NCBI GenBank assembly: GCA_035221665.1
Contig: CM069157.1
Span: forward strand, 30,256,001-30,320,000
Direction: 5' to 3'
Length of the DNA stretch: 64,000 nt
From: Okamejei kenojei
Taxonomy: Eukaryota
Position 1 is the stretch's first letter; each line of letters opens with the position of its first letter. The notes under the pieces are model-generated. The model saw only the letters and a program-made list of their open reading frames with translations, was not told the origin of the DNA and searched no databases. Position numbers and translations under genes: made by a program. Positions 1-11,686 of this stretch are shown here, in pieces.

Positions 1-97
1 AAGGGAGCAAGGACTCGGATTCACTAGCAGGCGCAACCTGTCTGGTAAGTACAATAAATAATGATGATATAAAGGGGCTGCTGAGATACCAGCAGCA

Positions 98-700
98 GTG
101 GATCGCGGCAGTGCGAAAAGCCGACGGCCATCCGTTTCCACATCGGAGTCGCTGGCAGCGCCGGTCTGCACAGCTAGTTCCGATTCAACTCCTAGAAGGG
201 AGCAGCTTGGCAACTCAGAGTCGGGGCAAAGCCAAAGCCAAGTCAGTGAGACAAGTCCTGTCGGACGATTCGGGACAAGAGGATTCTGTCCCCACATCTA
301 TGGCAGATGTGATTGGCTGTTTGTCTCAATTGGAACATCTGATGGATCAGATGGTGGCACAAAATATGCTCCGTGTTACGGAGGCATGCACAGGCAGTTC
401 GAGTCATATATGCCTGTGGCAACACCTGGTTCAGGGTTGCAATATTCTTCCCACTCAGATGAGGGGAGTGTCGGAGATCAGTATGAGGCTGACTCCAAAT
501 ATGAGTATGTGCCTGAATCCCATGCTTTATTGCATGATGTGCGAGAGTCGCATAAGGAACAGCTGCCTGCTCTTGCCTCTAAACTTGCTGTTCCCTTGGG
601 GACGGGCAAGCCACCACAAGAGGAGTTGGCCAGCAGCATCAGCTACCTAACGTCACACCTGCTGATGGAAGATGTTATGCTGGAAATGGCTGGGAGATAA
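98..700 (+). pseudogene. DIRS ORF1 (gag-like) remnant
   Basis: Visible peptide similarity to ORF 58125-59024 of the second DIRS copy. Confidence 0.7.
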
Positions 701-2602
701 CCCAGTCCGGAAAATTGCAAAGCTCCAGCAAGGTCTGTAGGGCAAAGAAGTAGTCTGTTCCATTCGGCTCAGGAATGCTGGCAGACATGCCTTGCACAAC
801 AATATCACTTTTGAGTCTGGAAATGAGCTGTTGGCAAGCATGGGGCTGAAGATGTGGTCAGACAGGGTCTGCAAATGGAACTTTGTTGAAGCTCCAACAA
901 GCAGGTCGACCCGGATTCAGAGATGCTGGCAGGTAAGGTCTCTTTATTAACCTCCGTAAAATTCCGAAATGGAGCAGTCTGTTGTCCCAGGTTTGGATTT
1001 ACTGGCAGCATGGGTGTCTAGTATCTTTTCACTGTCTCTGGAGTAGACAGATTGATGCAGAGACATTGGCAGGGTGCCTTGCATACTAACCTATGTAATT
1101 TTCACGTAGGAACAGCTTGGTTACCTCTGGTTCAGGGTAGACCATCCTGGAACTGGCTGGCCGTACGGGTCATATTGACCAGAGAAGCATTGCCTCAACA
1201 TCTGTGAGATTATCAGGCTGCTCAGTAGATTGAAGTAGTTGAAGTCTCCCTTAACACATGGTTAATATTCTGCTCAGTTAGTGCAGTTGCCAGTTCGTTG
1301 AAAACATCATTGCCATCCTCTCTGGGATAGGTAGCTACCAGCAGAAAGCTGGTCTGGCATGTAGTATTTTATCTGACCTACAGGTTCATGTTGTGAATCA
1401 AAAGTGTATGTATAATAATCTGTAGGCTCTCAATACCAGTATTCCTGATTGAGTGACTGGTCGAAGAGATTGTGTTGTGCACACTGGCAACTCAGACAGG
1501 TGGTTTCTGTCAGAGGACTGTGAAGCAATTCCTGGTTCAGGCTTGCATTAGGCTAATTTCCACTCTGAGGAAGAATGCTGAGGATTCGTGGTGACTCTAA
1601 TAGCCAAGAGTTGACAGGGAACTCGTATTCCCACATCAAGTGGATATGGTGTTTCAGCTCTAGTCATAAGGTTCTGATTATATGTTATCAGCAAATTGAA
1701 TGAATAACTAGATATGCATCCCCCGTGGTAAGAGAAGCCAATAAACTTCCGTCCGTATGGTCAATAGAGGAACGGTGGTTCCAAGTGGAATCAGTGACAT
1801 CTCACAGAGGATGAGTAGTTTGCCCAAGAACAAAAAGGGGTATATTTCTAATATTTCTCAAGATTGTAGGAACATGGAGCATGCCTAATCAGGTTAGGAT
1901 TTGGCTAATCTGATCATGTGTTTGGTTACCCAGTTTGAGATGGATGATTGGCTTTCAGCAATTTAGCTGATTCAGAGAATCAATTTTGAAGATGCATACT
2001 TTGCCATATCTTTACACAAGAGGCACAGATATATTTGGTGTTTGATAACATAGCCAGTGGTGGAAGCTAATGCTGCCCTGCTCAGATCAAAGGGCATTGT
2101 TTCATCAAGTTTTAGATGGCATGCAAATTTGCAGCTGATAAGACTTAGGGGGTTATCAGTAGATGGCTCTTACAATATTAAGGATGAGGCAACATGAACA
2201 TTAATTATGCCAACTTTGCCTATTCATTCAGGCCATGGTAAGGCGACAAAAGAAGCTCCTATTTACTCGAAGTCACAAGTGATGGCTGGTGCAGCCTTTT
2301 TTCTCGGGCAGCTAGCTTTCCACAATTGTATGGGAAATTTGTGAACAAGATATGTGAGTTAATTTTAAACGGAAATAACAGAGTTTTGTGTTGCTTTCAG
2401 TTTGGGCTTAGAGAAGCCATTATGTGATAGGACAATTAACACTGCTTGTGCTGTTTTGTCATTCTTTATAATTCCATAAGTGGAACAATAAATGATTGGC
2501 TATCCACCTGCTGTTCACTAAACGTTACGCAAGGTGTTTTTTATATGACCGCTCTAAAAGCCTACAGTCATCGTAGTGTGCAATGTATATCAGTGAATTA
2601 CT

Positions 2603-2839
2603 ATGCAGATATTCATCTACTGTACTCCTAACGGGAGCAGTATCTTTAAGTTGATTATGCGTTCAACACAAAGAACACAGTCTTTACTCAATCTCTGGCT
2701 CGGTGACTGGGTCATAACTGACATTAGGGTAGCTTGTTATGGGAATGATCTCATAAAGCAAAATGGGCATGGTTGCGTACATTTGGAGTTGACAGCATAC
2801 CCACCAGATCGGAGATTGGGGGTGTTATTATGTATATAG
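2603..2839 (+). pseudogene. DIRS tyrosine recombinase remnant
   Basis: RSTQRTQSLLNLWLGD...YGNDLIKQ matches VSAQRVQTLHKLRLDG...YIYDLIKQ of ORF 61263-61586. Confidence 0.7.
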
Positions 2840-3302
2840 GTACACTGAGCTTGCTAGTACCTCTGAGATAAAAGATAGTTTCTTCATTGTTATTTAATAG
2901 TCTCTCAAGAGATTGCTGATGGCTCATTAGCAGCCAATAGAATGGATATTTCCCTTGCATCATACAGAAAGAGGCTTACATAGTGCGTGTTCAGAAGTTA
3001 TAAAATTTGGTTGAATATGTCTGGATATTTGCATATAGAATTTTGAACAGGGTTGCATGACTTATTGTCTAACTCAAAGCCAATTGGGACTATGGTCCGA
3101 ATAAGAGCAATGGCCATGTATGCAAGTTAGCATCATGTTGTTAATAACCCATGTCTTTTTACCATTTTTGGTTTTATCTGTTTAAGTGTTTCACACACAG
3201 ATTGGGTTACTGCATGAAACCACATAGCTTTGAAGGCTTCATGTAGTCACTCACGTGACTTCGAAATAAAATAGAAAGATTAAACGAGAACTTACCGTTT
3301 GA

Positions 3303-3967
3303 CGAGGAGGAGCCCGAGGGCTGAGGGAGCGTTAGGTAGGGGAGGAGACAGCAAGGGTTAACAGAATTGAGAGAATTCGATGTGTTTGCCAAGAGGATGC
3401 AGTCTCCCCAAGCAGAATTTGAGGTGCTGTTCCTCCAATTTGCGGTGTTGCTCACTCTGGTCGTGGAGGAGGCCCAGGACAGAGAGGTCGGATATGGAAT
3501 GGGAGGGGGAGTTGAAGTGCTGAGCCACCGGGAGGTCGGGTTGGTTAATGCGGACCGAGCGGATGTGTTCAGCGAAACGATCGCCAAGCCTCCGCTTGGT
3601 CTCATCGATATAGATCAGCTGACATCTAGAGCAGTGGATGCAATAGATGAGGTTGGCGGAGGTGTAGGTGAACCTCTGTCGGACCTGGAACGACTGCTTG
3701 GTTCCTTGAATGGAGTGGAGGGGGGAGGTAAGGCGACAAGTGTAGCATCACTTGTGGTTGCAAGGGAAAGTGCCCGGGGAAGGGGTGGAGCGGGAGGGAA
3801 GGGAAGAATTGACAAGGAAGTTGCAGAGAGAGCGGTCTTTGCAGAAGACAGACGGGGGGGTGGGAGATGGGAAGATGTGGCGAGTGGTGGGGTCACGTTG
3901 TAGGTGGCGAAACTGGCGGAGGACTATGTGTTGTATGTGCCGGCTGGTGGGGTGAAAGGTGAGGACC
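3303..3967 (-). mobile_element. Penelope-like element 3' fragment (GIY-YIG endonuclease region)
   Basis: Reverse complement closely matches ~31510-32165. Minus ORF 3748-4002 contains LTFHPTSRHIQHIVLRQFRHLQRDPTTRHIFP. Confidence 0.9.
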
Positions 3968-4186
3968 ATGCGGGCTGGCGGGCTTTTCACGTATTCCCTC
4001 ATTTCAACTTCTCATAAAATAAAGATCAAACTTCAAATGGTAAGTTCTCGTTTAATCTTTCTACTAACTTTCTATTGTGTGCTGCTATCTTCCTTGGAAC
4101 CAATTATTAATCCAACTTGCTGCTTTCTTTTGGATCACTTGGTCTTTCAGTTCCCTCATAAACCTGCCAAATAAGCCTTCGTCAAA

Positions 4187-4872
4187 TAGAACGTAGAACA
4201 TAGAACATAGAAAAATACAGCACAGGAACAGGCCCTCGGCAAGCAATGTCTGTGCTGATCATGATGCCAAACTAATCTCCTCTGCCTACATATGATCCAT
4301 TCCTGCATATACTAAAAGCCTCTCAAAAGCCACTGTTGTGTTTTCCTCCACCACTACTCCTGGCAGCACGTTCCAGGCACCCACAACCCTCTGTGTAATA
4401 TAAATGTGCCCCACGCATCTCCTTTGAACCCACCTCTTCACCTTAAAGCTCTGCCCTCTCTTTGACAATTCCACCCTGACGAACAAGGTCCTGACTGTCT
4501 ACCCTATCTATGCTTCTCATAATTTTTATACTCAGACCTGTGTCGCTCCAGAGAAACAATCCAAGTTTGTCCAAATGCTCCTTACAGCTAATACCTTCTA
4601 ATCCAGGCATTCTGATAAACCTCTTGCAATGGGACGTCCAAAATTGTACACAATACACCAAATGCGGCTTAACCAAAGTTTTCTAAAGTTGCATCAGTAC
4701 TTCTTGACTCTCATGCTCAATGCCCCGACAAATGAAGGCAGGCATTCCATACACCCTCTTTACCAATTTATCGACTTGCGTTGCCACTTTCAAGGAGCTA
4801 TTGGCTTGGACACCAAAATATCCCACTGTACCTCAATACTTTTAAGAGTCTTGCCATTAACTGTATGCTGTG
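4187..4872 (-). mobile_element. CR1/HER1-type LINE 3' fragment
   Basis: (TAGAACA)n tail. Minus-strand peptides VKPHLVYCVQFW and QRVVGAWNVLPGVVVE are typical of the CR1 ORF2 C-terminus. Confidence 0.85.
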
Positions 4873-5329
4873 TCATTCTAACTCCCATGGTGACCATGTC
4901 AAATATGCTACTCTATTTAATCCTCCTAGTTCCTCCTTACATTATTCAGTCATTTTAGTGAGATACAACACTTTCTTAGTAGATCTGTGACAATGTTGTT
5001 GGTGCTTTGAGGTCCTCAGTTGCAGCCAGAGACAACTGAGAAATAGTAGACAGAGCTGGAGGGATTTCCCCCTCTGTTGCCTTTACAAGCCTGTGCTACA
5101 GTTTATCTGGCCCTGGTAATTCATCCATCATTGAAGATGATTCATAGTAATTCATCCCCTCTCTCTATATCTCTTTATTAATTCCAGACATTTGCATTGT
5201 TTCTCCTTAATGTGACTATCATCTCCCACTTCTGTCAAAATAACCCAATAAATTAATTTACAACTATCCATGTTTACTGCCTCCGCACCCAGACTATGGT
5301 TTTGCTCTGCTGAGTTTTACTTTATGATA

Positions 5330-5990
5330 GTGGCATTTAAAATTATTTTAGATATACAGGGAATGAATGGATATGGATCACATGTAGTCAGAGGAGATTA
5401 GTTTAACTTGGCATGGACATTGTGGGCCGAAGGGCCAATTCCTGTTCTATGTCCAGTTTTGGTCCCCTAATTTGAGGAAGGACATTCTTGCTATTGAGGG
5501 AGTGCAGCGTAGGTTTACAAGGTTAATTCCCAGGGATGGCGGGACTGTCATATGCTGAGAGAATTGAGCGGCTTGGCTTGTACTCTCTGGAGTTTAGAAG
5601 GATAAGAGGGGATCTTATTGAAACATATAAGATTGGACACGCTAGAGGCAAGAAACATGTTCCCGATGTTGGGGGAGTCCAGAACCAAGGGCCACAGTTT
5701 AAGAATAAGGGGTAAGCCATTTAGAACGGAGATGAGGAAACACATTTTCTCACAGAGAGTGGTGAGTCTGTGGAATTCTCTGCCTCAGGGGGAGGTGGAG
5801 GCAGGTTCTCTGGATGCTTTCAAGAGAGAGCTGGATAGGGCTCTTAAAGATAGCGGAGTCAGGGCGATATGGGGAGAAGGCAGGAACGGGGTACTGATTG
5901 GGGATGATCAGCCATGATCACTTTAAATGGCGGTGCTGGCTCGAAGGGCCGAATGGCCTACTCCTGCACCTATTGTCTATTGTCTATTGT
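5330..5990 (+). mobile_element. CR1-type LINE 3' fragments (two adjacent)
   Basis: ESRTKGHSLRIRGKPFRTEMRKHIFSQRVVSLWNSLP; ends in a (TATTGTC)n tail. Confidence 0.9.
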
Positions 5991-6444
5991 TCCATTTTTC
6001 CTTCATCTTATTATTCTTCCATTTTATTAAAAATGCTCTCACTTCCTTTGAAAAGCCAAGAGCTTGCATGAAAAGCTAAAACTGCATTATCTTGGCTGTC
6101 TACTTATACAGTTTGAGATTTTACCCTATTTCTACCTTAACCTTCAGGAGACAAGAACTAGGTTGGAACGTCAAATTTCCCTCTGTTCATCAGGCAGTTT
6201 TTTCTGAGTTTGCCATTTGATTTTTTGATGCTAGTCCTGCCTTGGGGTCATGCATCGATCTTGTGACTATCTTATGACTGTCCATAGTTACAACCTTGTA
6301 GTGAGTGATCGGCATTGTCAGAGAGGAGGCCAAGTTGAGGGAGCGCAGATAGCTGGTAGAATTACTATACGATACGATATGATAGAACTTTATTCATCCC
6401 CAGATGGAAATTGGTCTGCCAACAGTCACTACACACAAGAGTCA

Positions 6445-6570
6445 CGACCCTTCTTCAGTCCCGACCCGAAACGTCACCTATCCATTTTTCTCCAGAGATG
6501 CTGCTTGACCCGCTGAATTACTTCAGCATTTTGTGTCTATCTTCGGCATAAACCAGCATCTGTAGTTCCT
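6445..6570 (+). repeat. Penelope pLTR-derived hammerhead module (rearranged 5' end)
   Basis: CCGACCCGAAACGTCACC...AGATGCTG...CCAGCATCTG matches the pLTR at 32355-32446. Confidence 0.75.
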
Positions 6571-7139
6571 TTTTATTGCATCAGAGTAATGGAATTAGTT
6601 GAGAAGGACTGGAATTGGGCAGGGATGAAGTCATGATGGCTGTGTGGTGACAACAACTTGAATCGTTATTTTTAAGGAAAAGTATAAGGATAATGCCCAG
6701 TGAAACTGGCTTGCAAGTATTCAATCTGAAATAAAAATAAAATTCTGGATAGATAATATCTGTAGAGAGAGCAACAGAACTAATGTTTCAGGTCAACGAT
6801 TTTTCAACAGAATTCAATGATGCTCCTTCATAATTCTATATTCTTCATAATGAGTAACATTTTCATGCCGTCTGGAACTGCGTGTCTGACGAAAATAATA
6901 AAGAGACCAAGATCAGAGTCCTAGGAAGCAGATCATTCATCTTCTCAGAACACTAATTCTGCTGGCACATAAAATGTTCCCTTTTAGTTTTGAAAGTTTG
7001 GCAGTGCTGGCTCAAAAGGCCGAATGGCCTACTCCTGCACTTATTGTCTATTGTCTATTGTATGGAATAACTCTCAATATTAAGAGATATTTATTTCCTG
7101 CAAATTAAGCAGAGTTCAGGTTGATTCCATGTTGGTCTT

Positions 7140-8178
7140 CTTTAGTTTATTTTAGTTTAGAGTTGCAGCGCGGAAACAAGCCCTTTGACCCACCGAGTCC
7201 ACGTCGACCAGCGATCCCCGGACGCTAACACTATTCTACACACACTAGGAAAAATGTACAATTTTACTCAGCCAATTAGCCTACAAACCTGTTTGGCTTT
7301 AGAGTGTGGGAGGAAACCAGAGCTCCCGGAGAAAACCCACGCAGGTCACTAGGAGAACTTACAAACTCAGTACATACATCACCCATAGTCGGGATCGAAC
7401 CCGGGTCTATGGCGCCCCTTCTCTTTCTCGTAGTACATTGGATATTCCTCACTGAACTAAAATTTGTGTGCATGGTGAAAATTTGCAGATATAATATTTT
7501 TGCAATCTTTTTTGATTGATTGAAAGATACTGCATGAAAACAGGTCCATATACTAACCAAGTCCACGCCGACCATCGATCACCCGTTCGCTCTAGTTCTA
7601 TGTTATCCCACTTTCTCATCCACCCACTACACATTAGGGGCAAGTTTACTGAGGCCAATTAACCTACAAATCCACACGTCTGTGGGATGTGGGAGGAAAC
7701 CGGTGCACCTAGTGAACAATCGCATACAGTCACAGGGAGAACGTGGAAACTCCACACAGACAGCATGCAAAGTCAGAGTCAAACCTGGATGTCTGGCGCT
7801 GTGAGGCAGCAGCTCTACCAGCTGCACCACTGCGCTTTCAATGCAGAATCTGACAATCACCTCCCATCAGAAGAACAAATACAACTGCAGCACAACTGGT
7901 GGAGCTAATGCCTCACTACGCCAGGGAACCGGAGTTGATCCTGACCTCGGGTGCTATCTGTGTGGAGTTTGTGCGTTCTCCCTGTGACCGCATGGGTTTC
8001 CTCCGGGTGCTCTGGTTTCCACCCACATCCCAAAGACATGCAGATTTGTAGGTTAATCGGTCTCTTATGTGGATGCAAAAGTGAAATAACACAGAACTAG
8101 TGTGAATGGTGGTCGATGGTCGGTGTGGACTTGATCAGCTGAAGGGCCTGTTTCCATGTGGTCTCCTTCAATCAATCA
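7140..8178. mobile_element. Cluster of three HE1-like tRNA-derived V-SINEs (7140-7415 -, 7520-7832 -, 7885-8178 +)
   Basis: tRNA-like head (GGTAGAGCTGCTGCCTCACAGCGCCAG...GGTTCGATCC), V-domain-like core (GGTTTCCTCCCACA..CCAAAGAC), CR1-derived tail (GAAGGGCCTGTTTCC). Confidence 0.85.
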
Positions 8179-8939
8179 CAAAATGGAGAATGGGATTAAT
8201 GGGATTGCTGGCTCTGGCAGCCGACCATAGATATCGTGGGCCAAATGGCTTCCTTCTGTGCTGTTTTTAGGTAAACTCTCTCTCCTTAGTGACCACTCTT
8301 ACAAAGCTTGAAAGGATATGCTCTATTTTTTTTGTGCATTAAAAAAAAGAAACACAGACCATCACAACTCCTGTAATAATTGGGAAAATGCATTGCCAAG
8401 ACCAAAGATGAAGGTGTTGGAATCATTTACTGTATGTTAGGCAGAGATCCCCTTATAAGCAAAGGGCACATCCCGTCTCACTAGCCTGGGGTGTAGTGTG
8501 AAGGTATATCCCACAGGCAAAACGCAAACGATGGAAGCTAACGGGAAAATTCCATTTGCATGTGTTTCTTTCCGAGATCCTAGGATGTGGAGGTCACAAG
8601 CAAGGTTGGAATTTATGGTTCATCCCTGGATCTCTCCGAGTAGGTGTGTGAATCACTGTGGTCTTGCGTTGTGAACATACTCCTTCCACAATGCTGTTAG
8701 ATGGTGAGTTCCAGGACATTGACCCAGCATTAATAAAACACGCTTACCGTAAAATTATAAACCCATCGATGACTCTGATACAACCTGCACCTTGTGAAAA
8801 ATCCTCCCTCATTATTTGACTCATTTAACTTCACTGGTGTGAAATATAAAATGTCAGCGCACTGTTCTATTGCTCAAATAATTGCAGGTTTCTTAAAATT
8901 ACCTCATATTTAGTTTCATTTTCAATTTATTTTGGGGGT

Positions 8940-9225
8940 AGCTATGCACTGGTACCAAAGGCAGGATTTATTGCCATGTCCCTAATTGCCTCTGAGTTGC
9001 GTGGCTGGTTGGGGCAGTTCAGAATCAAGCAAATAGGTCAGGCCAAGCAAGGATGGCTAATTTCCTACATTAAAGGACATCAGCGAACAAGATTAGTTTT
9101 TAACGACAATTCAATGGTTCTCGTTACCGACGACTAGATTTATTTTTTTTAAATTCCAGATTATTGACTGTGTTTAAAATCCACAGCTGATATGGTGGGA
9201 TGTGAATTTAGATTGTTGAATCAGA
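8940..9225 (-). mobile_element. Old elasmobranch SINE with SlmI/MetaSINE-like core (degraded)
   Basis: CAAGGATGGCTAATTTCCTACATTAAAGGACATCAGCGAACAAGAT resembles the reverse complement of the core GGTTCACTAATGTCCTTTAGGGAAGGAAATCTGCCGTCCTTA as I recall it; not searched. Confidence 0.45.
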
Positions 9226-9481
9226 GCAGGTTAAACAATAAACGGTAGAGCTCTGGAGAGTGTTGTCGAACAGAGAGACCTCGGGGTACAGTTTAATTCA
9301 GTTTAGTTTATTGTCCATGAAAAGCTTTTGTTGCGTGCTAACTAGTCAGTGGAAAGACGGTACATAATTACAATCAAGCCATCCACAGTGTATGGATACA
9401 TGCTAAAATTAATAACGTGAATACGTTTAGTGCAAAGTCCGATCAAAGATAGTCTGAGGGTCTCCAATGAAGTAGATAGTA

Positions 9482-10199
9482 TAGGTATGTTACAAAACTT
9501 AACTTTAGCGGTGCTGCAGTTCTGTCACTGGCCGTGTGCGCAACTTTGGCGCCTTTTTCCTGCCGATATGGGGTTTAAGTTCACCGCAACCGCAACATTC
9601 CAATCCATCGCGTTCCAGAAAATCCCACTCGCAAGCTGATTTAAATGGCCATTAATTTACAGGCATTAAACTAAATTCCTTCAATTTGGCCTATAAATTA
9701 ATGACAAATAGATTTAAAAATCATGTTATATTGTGAATTCTTGTGTGAATGTTATTTGGACACTTAGGCTTTTGAAAAAATGTTAATATTTTCTTAAGAA
9801 ATGGATAGATGTTTAGATCTAGTAATTGAATTTTGTAATTAGCTACAATTGGGTAACTAACTAATTATATGTTTTAATTTCAGGTCATCCAAGTAAGATT
9901 ATTTCATATTTGTTTCAGAATGCGTCAATCTATAATAGCTGAACATTTCTTTCAGTTCTCTTAATTTTTAAGAAAGTTATGGGCTTTTGACTGTCCTCGA
10001 TCACATCTTTTGCATTAAGTCAATGGAAAAGCAATAGGGAACAAGATGCTAATTTCCGAGTATGAAAATGGCCATAACTTTTTTAATACTGAAGATATGA
10101 AAGTGAATTAGGTGTCAAATTAAATTTTTTTTATGCTTTATCTGATGGGATAAATTGCAGACTTGATTTTTTAAATCTCAAAATTTTGTAACATTGCTA
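9482..10199. mobile_element. Non-autonomous TIR DNA transposon (hAT-like?) inserted in a Rex1 tail
   Basis: Ends TAGGTATGTTACAAAA / TTTTGTAACATTGCTA (imperfect 16-bp TIR). GATAGTA is duplicated on both sides and the host repeat resumes after 10199. Confidence 0.75.
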
Positions 10200-10929
10200 G
10201 ATAGTAGTTCAGGACTGCTCTTTAGTTCTCATGATCATGGTTCTCTGAAAATGATAACATGGGTAAAAGGGATGGTTAAAAGGACAGGCACAAAGAGCTG
10301 GAGCAACTCAGTGGGTCAGGCAGTATCTCTGGAGAAAAGGAACAGGTAATGTTTTGGGTCGATACCCTTCTTCAGAAGAAGGCAGTTGGCACATTTGCCT
10401 TCATCAGTCAGGGCACTGAGTACAAGAGTTGGGGTGCCATGTTACAACCGGGCAAGCCAATGTTATGATCACACTGGAAGTATTAAATGCAGTTCTGGTC
10501 AGCTAGCAATGGAGAAGATGTTATTAAGCTGGATAGTGTGTGGAAAATCTTTGCAAATATTTTACAAGGACTTGACTGCTTGCATTCTAAGGGGACTGGA
10601 TAGGCTGGGGCACTTACCCTGGTGTGTGCAAGGCTGAGGGAGTGCCTTATAGAGATTTATAAAATTACTAGACTAAGTGGGACCCGTTGGGAGGGCTGGT
10701 CCCCCAACGCAATATTCCACCTCTCCACCAATTGGATGGGGGGGGGGGGCTTTCTGGAGCGCTAGTATGGGTGTTGTGGGCTGAAGGGACTGGCATCCAG
10801 AGGGCTAGTATGGACATTGTGGGCCAAATGGATTATTGGGGTGGCAGCTCAGTCACTCAAGCCTGACGTGCGGGCAGCTCACTCACGGCTGGTGGGCTGG
10901 CAGTTGACTCATGGATATTCCTTGAAATT

Positions 10930-11085
10930 CCATTTCAAGCAGGGTGCAAGACCACCAAATTCAAATGCAGTTTCCTACCACTTCAAGCAGGGTGCAAGGC
11001 CACCTAATTCAAGTGCAGTTTCTTACCACTTCAAGCAGGGTGCAAGGTCACCACATTCAAATGCAGTTAAATACCATTTCAAGCA
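10930..11085. repeat. 48-bp tandem repeat (~3.3 copies) inside the Helitron
   Basis: CCA(T/C)TTCAAGCAG recurs at 10930, 10978, 11026 and 11074. Confidence 0.9.
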
Positions 11086-11484
11086 GAGTGAAACCACCAT
11101 AAACCACCATAAAACCGCACAAAACACCACATAAACACCACACTCACAGTTCAGTAGACATTCAGTGTGTTCAGTTGATTCACAGCTCAGTAGTGACCTC
11201 TCCCTCCCCCATCTTGCAGAGACTGAGCCACACCCACACATCCGGGATTTATAATCCATCCCCCCTCCACCAGAAGGGGCGTGGCCTTCATGGCATGATT
11301 GACAGGAGAGAGATTCTCAACATTTTTTAAACACTAATAACACTTTTGTCCTCCGCATCTGATGAGCGGAGGGGGACAGAGTAAGATGCCCAAAAATCAC
11401 ATCCGTAAGTGGTAGCGTTTTATATAAAATCAATATACAGTGCAAACAGGAAGTTGTCAAGTTTGGACTTTTAATCATTTGCCA

Positions 11485-11686
11485 TTTCAAACCAACCACC
11501 ACCAACCATTTGCTGTGCTTTATCTCAAACCAACCACCACCAACCACTTGCTGTGCTTTATCTCAAACCCACCACCAACCATCTGCTGTGCTTTATTTCA
11601 AACCAACCACCGCCAACCATTTGCTGTGCTTTATTTCAAACCAACCACCACCAACCATTTGTTGTGCTTTATTGCAAACCAACCAC
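11485..11686. repeat. ~38-bp tandem repeat (~5 copies) inside the Helitron
   Basis: Unit TTTCAAACCAACCACCACCAACCATTTGCTGTGCTTTA. Confidence 0.9.

Larger units (their letters stand above)
1..4063 (+). mobile_element. Degenerate DIRS-type tyrosine-recombinase retrotransposon (5' end outside window), interrupted by a Penelope fragment
   Basis: ORF 98-700 (LPALASKLAVPLGTGKPPQEELASSISYLTSH) aligns with gag of the 58-kb DIRS (VPFLAARFAIPTDSGELLGEQLAVSIDYLASH). RT remnant ~1750-2040 (INFEDAYFAISLHKRHRYI). YR remnant in ORF 2603-2839 (QRTQSL...NDLIKQ). 3209-3302 and 3967-4063 match the ICR and terminus at 62087-62433. Confidence 0.85.

Noticed and set aside
3367-3903. 178-aa plus-strand ORF (and 31232-31831 minus)
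   Set aside because: Antisense shadow frames of the PLE coding sequence.
11485-11686. Regular ~38-bp repeats resembling a CRISPR array
   Set aside because: Head-to-tail units with no unique spacers, inside a Helitron, in eukaryotic DNA with no cas genes.
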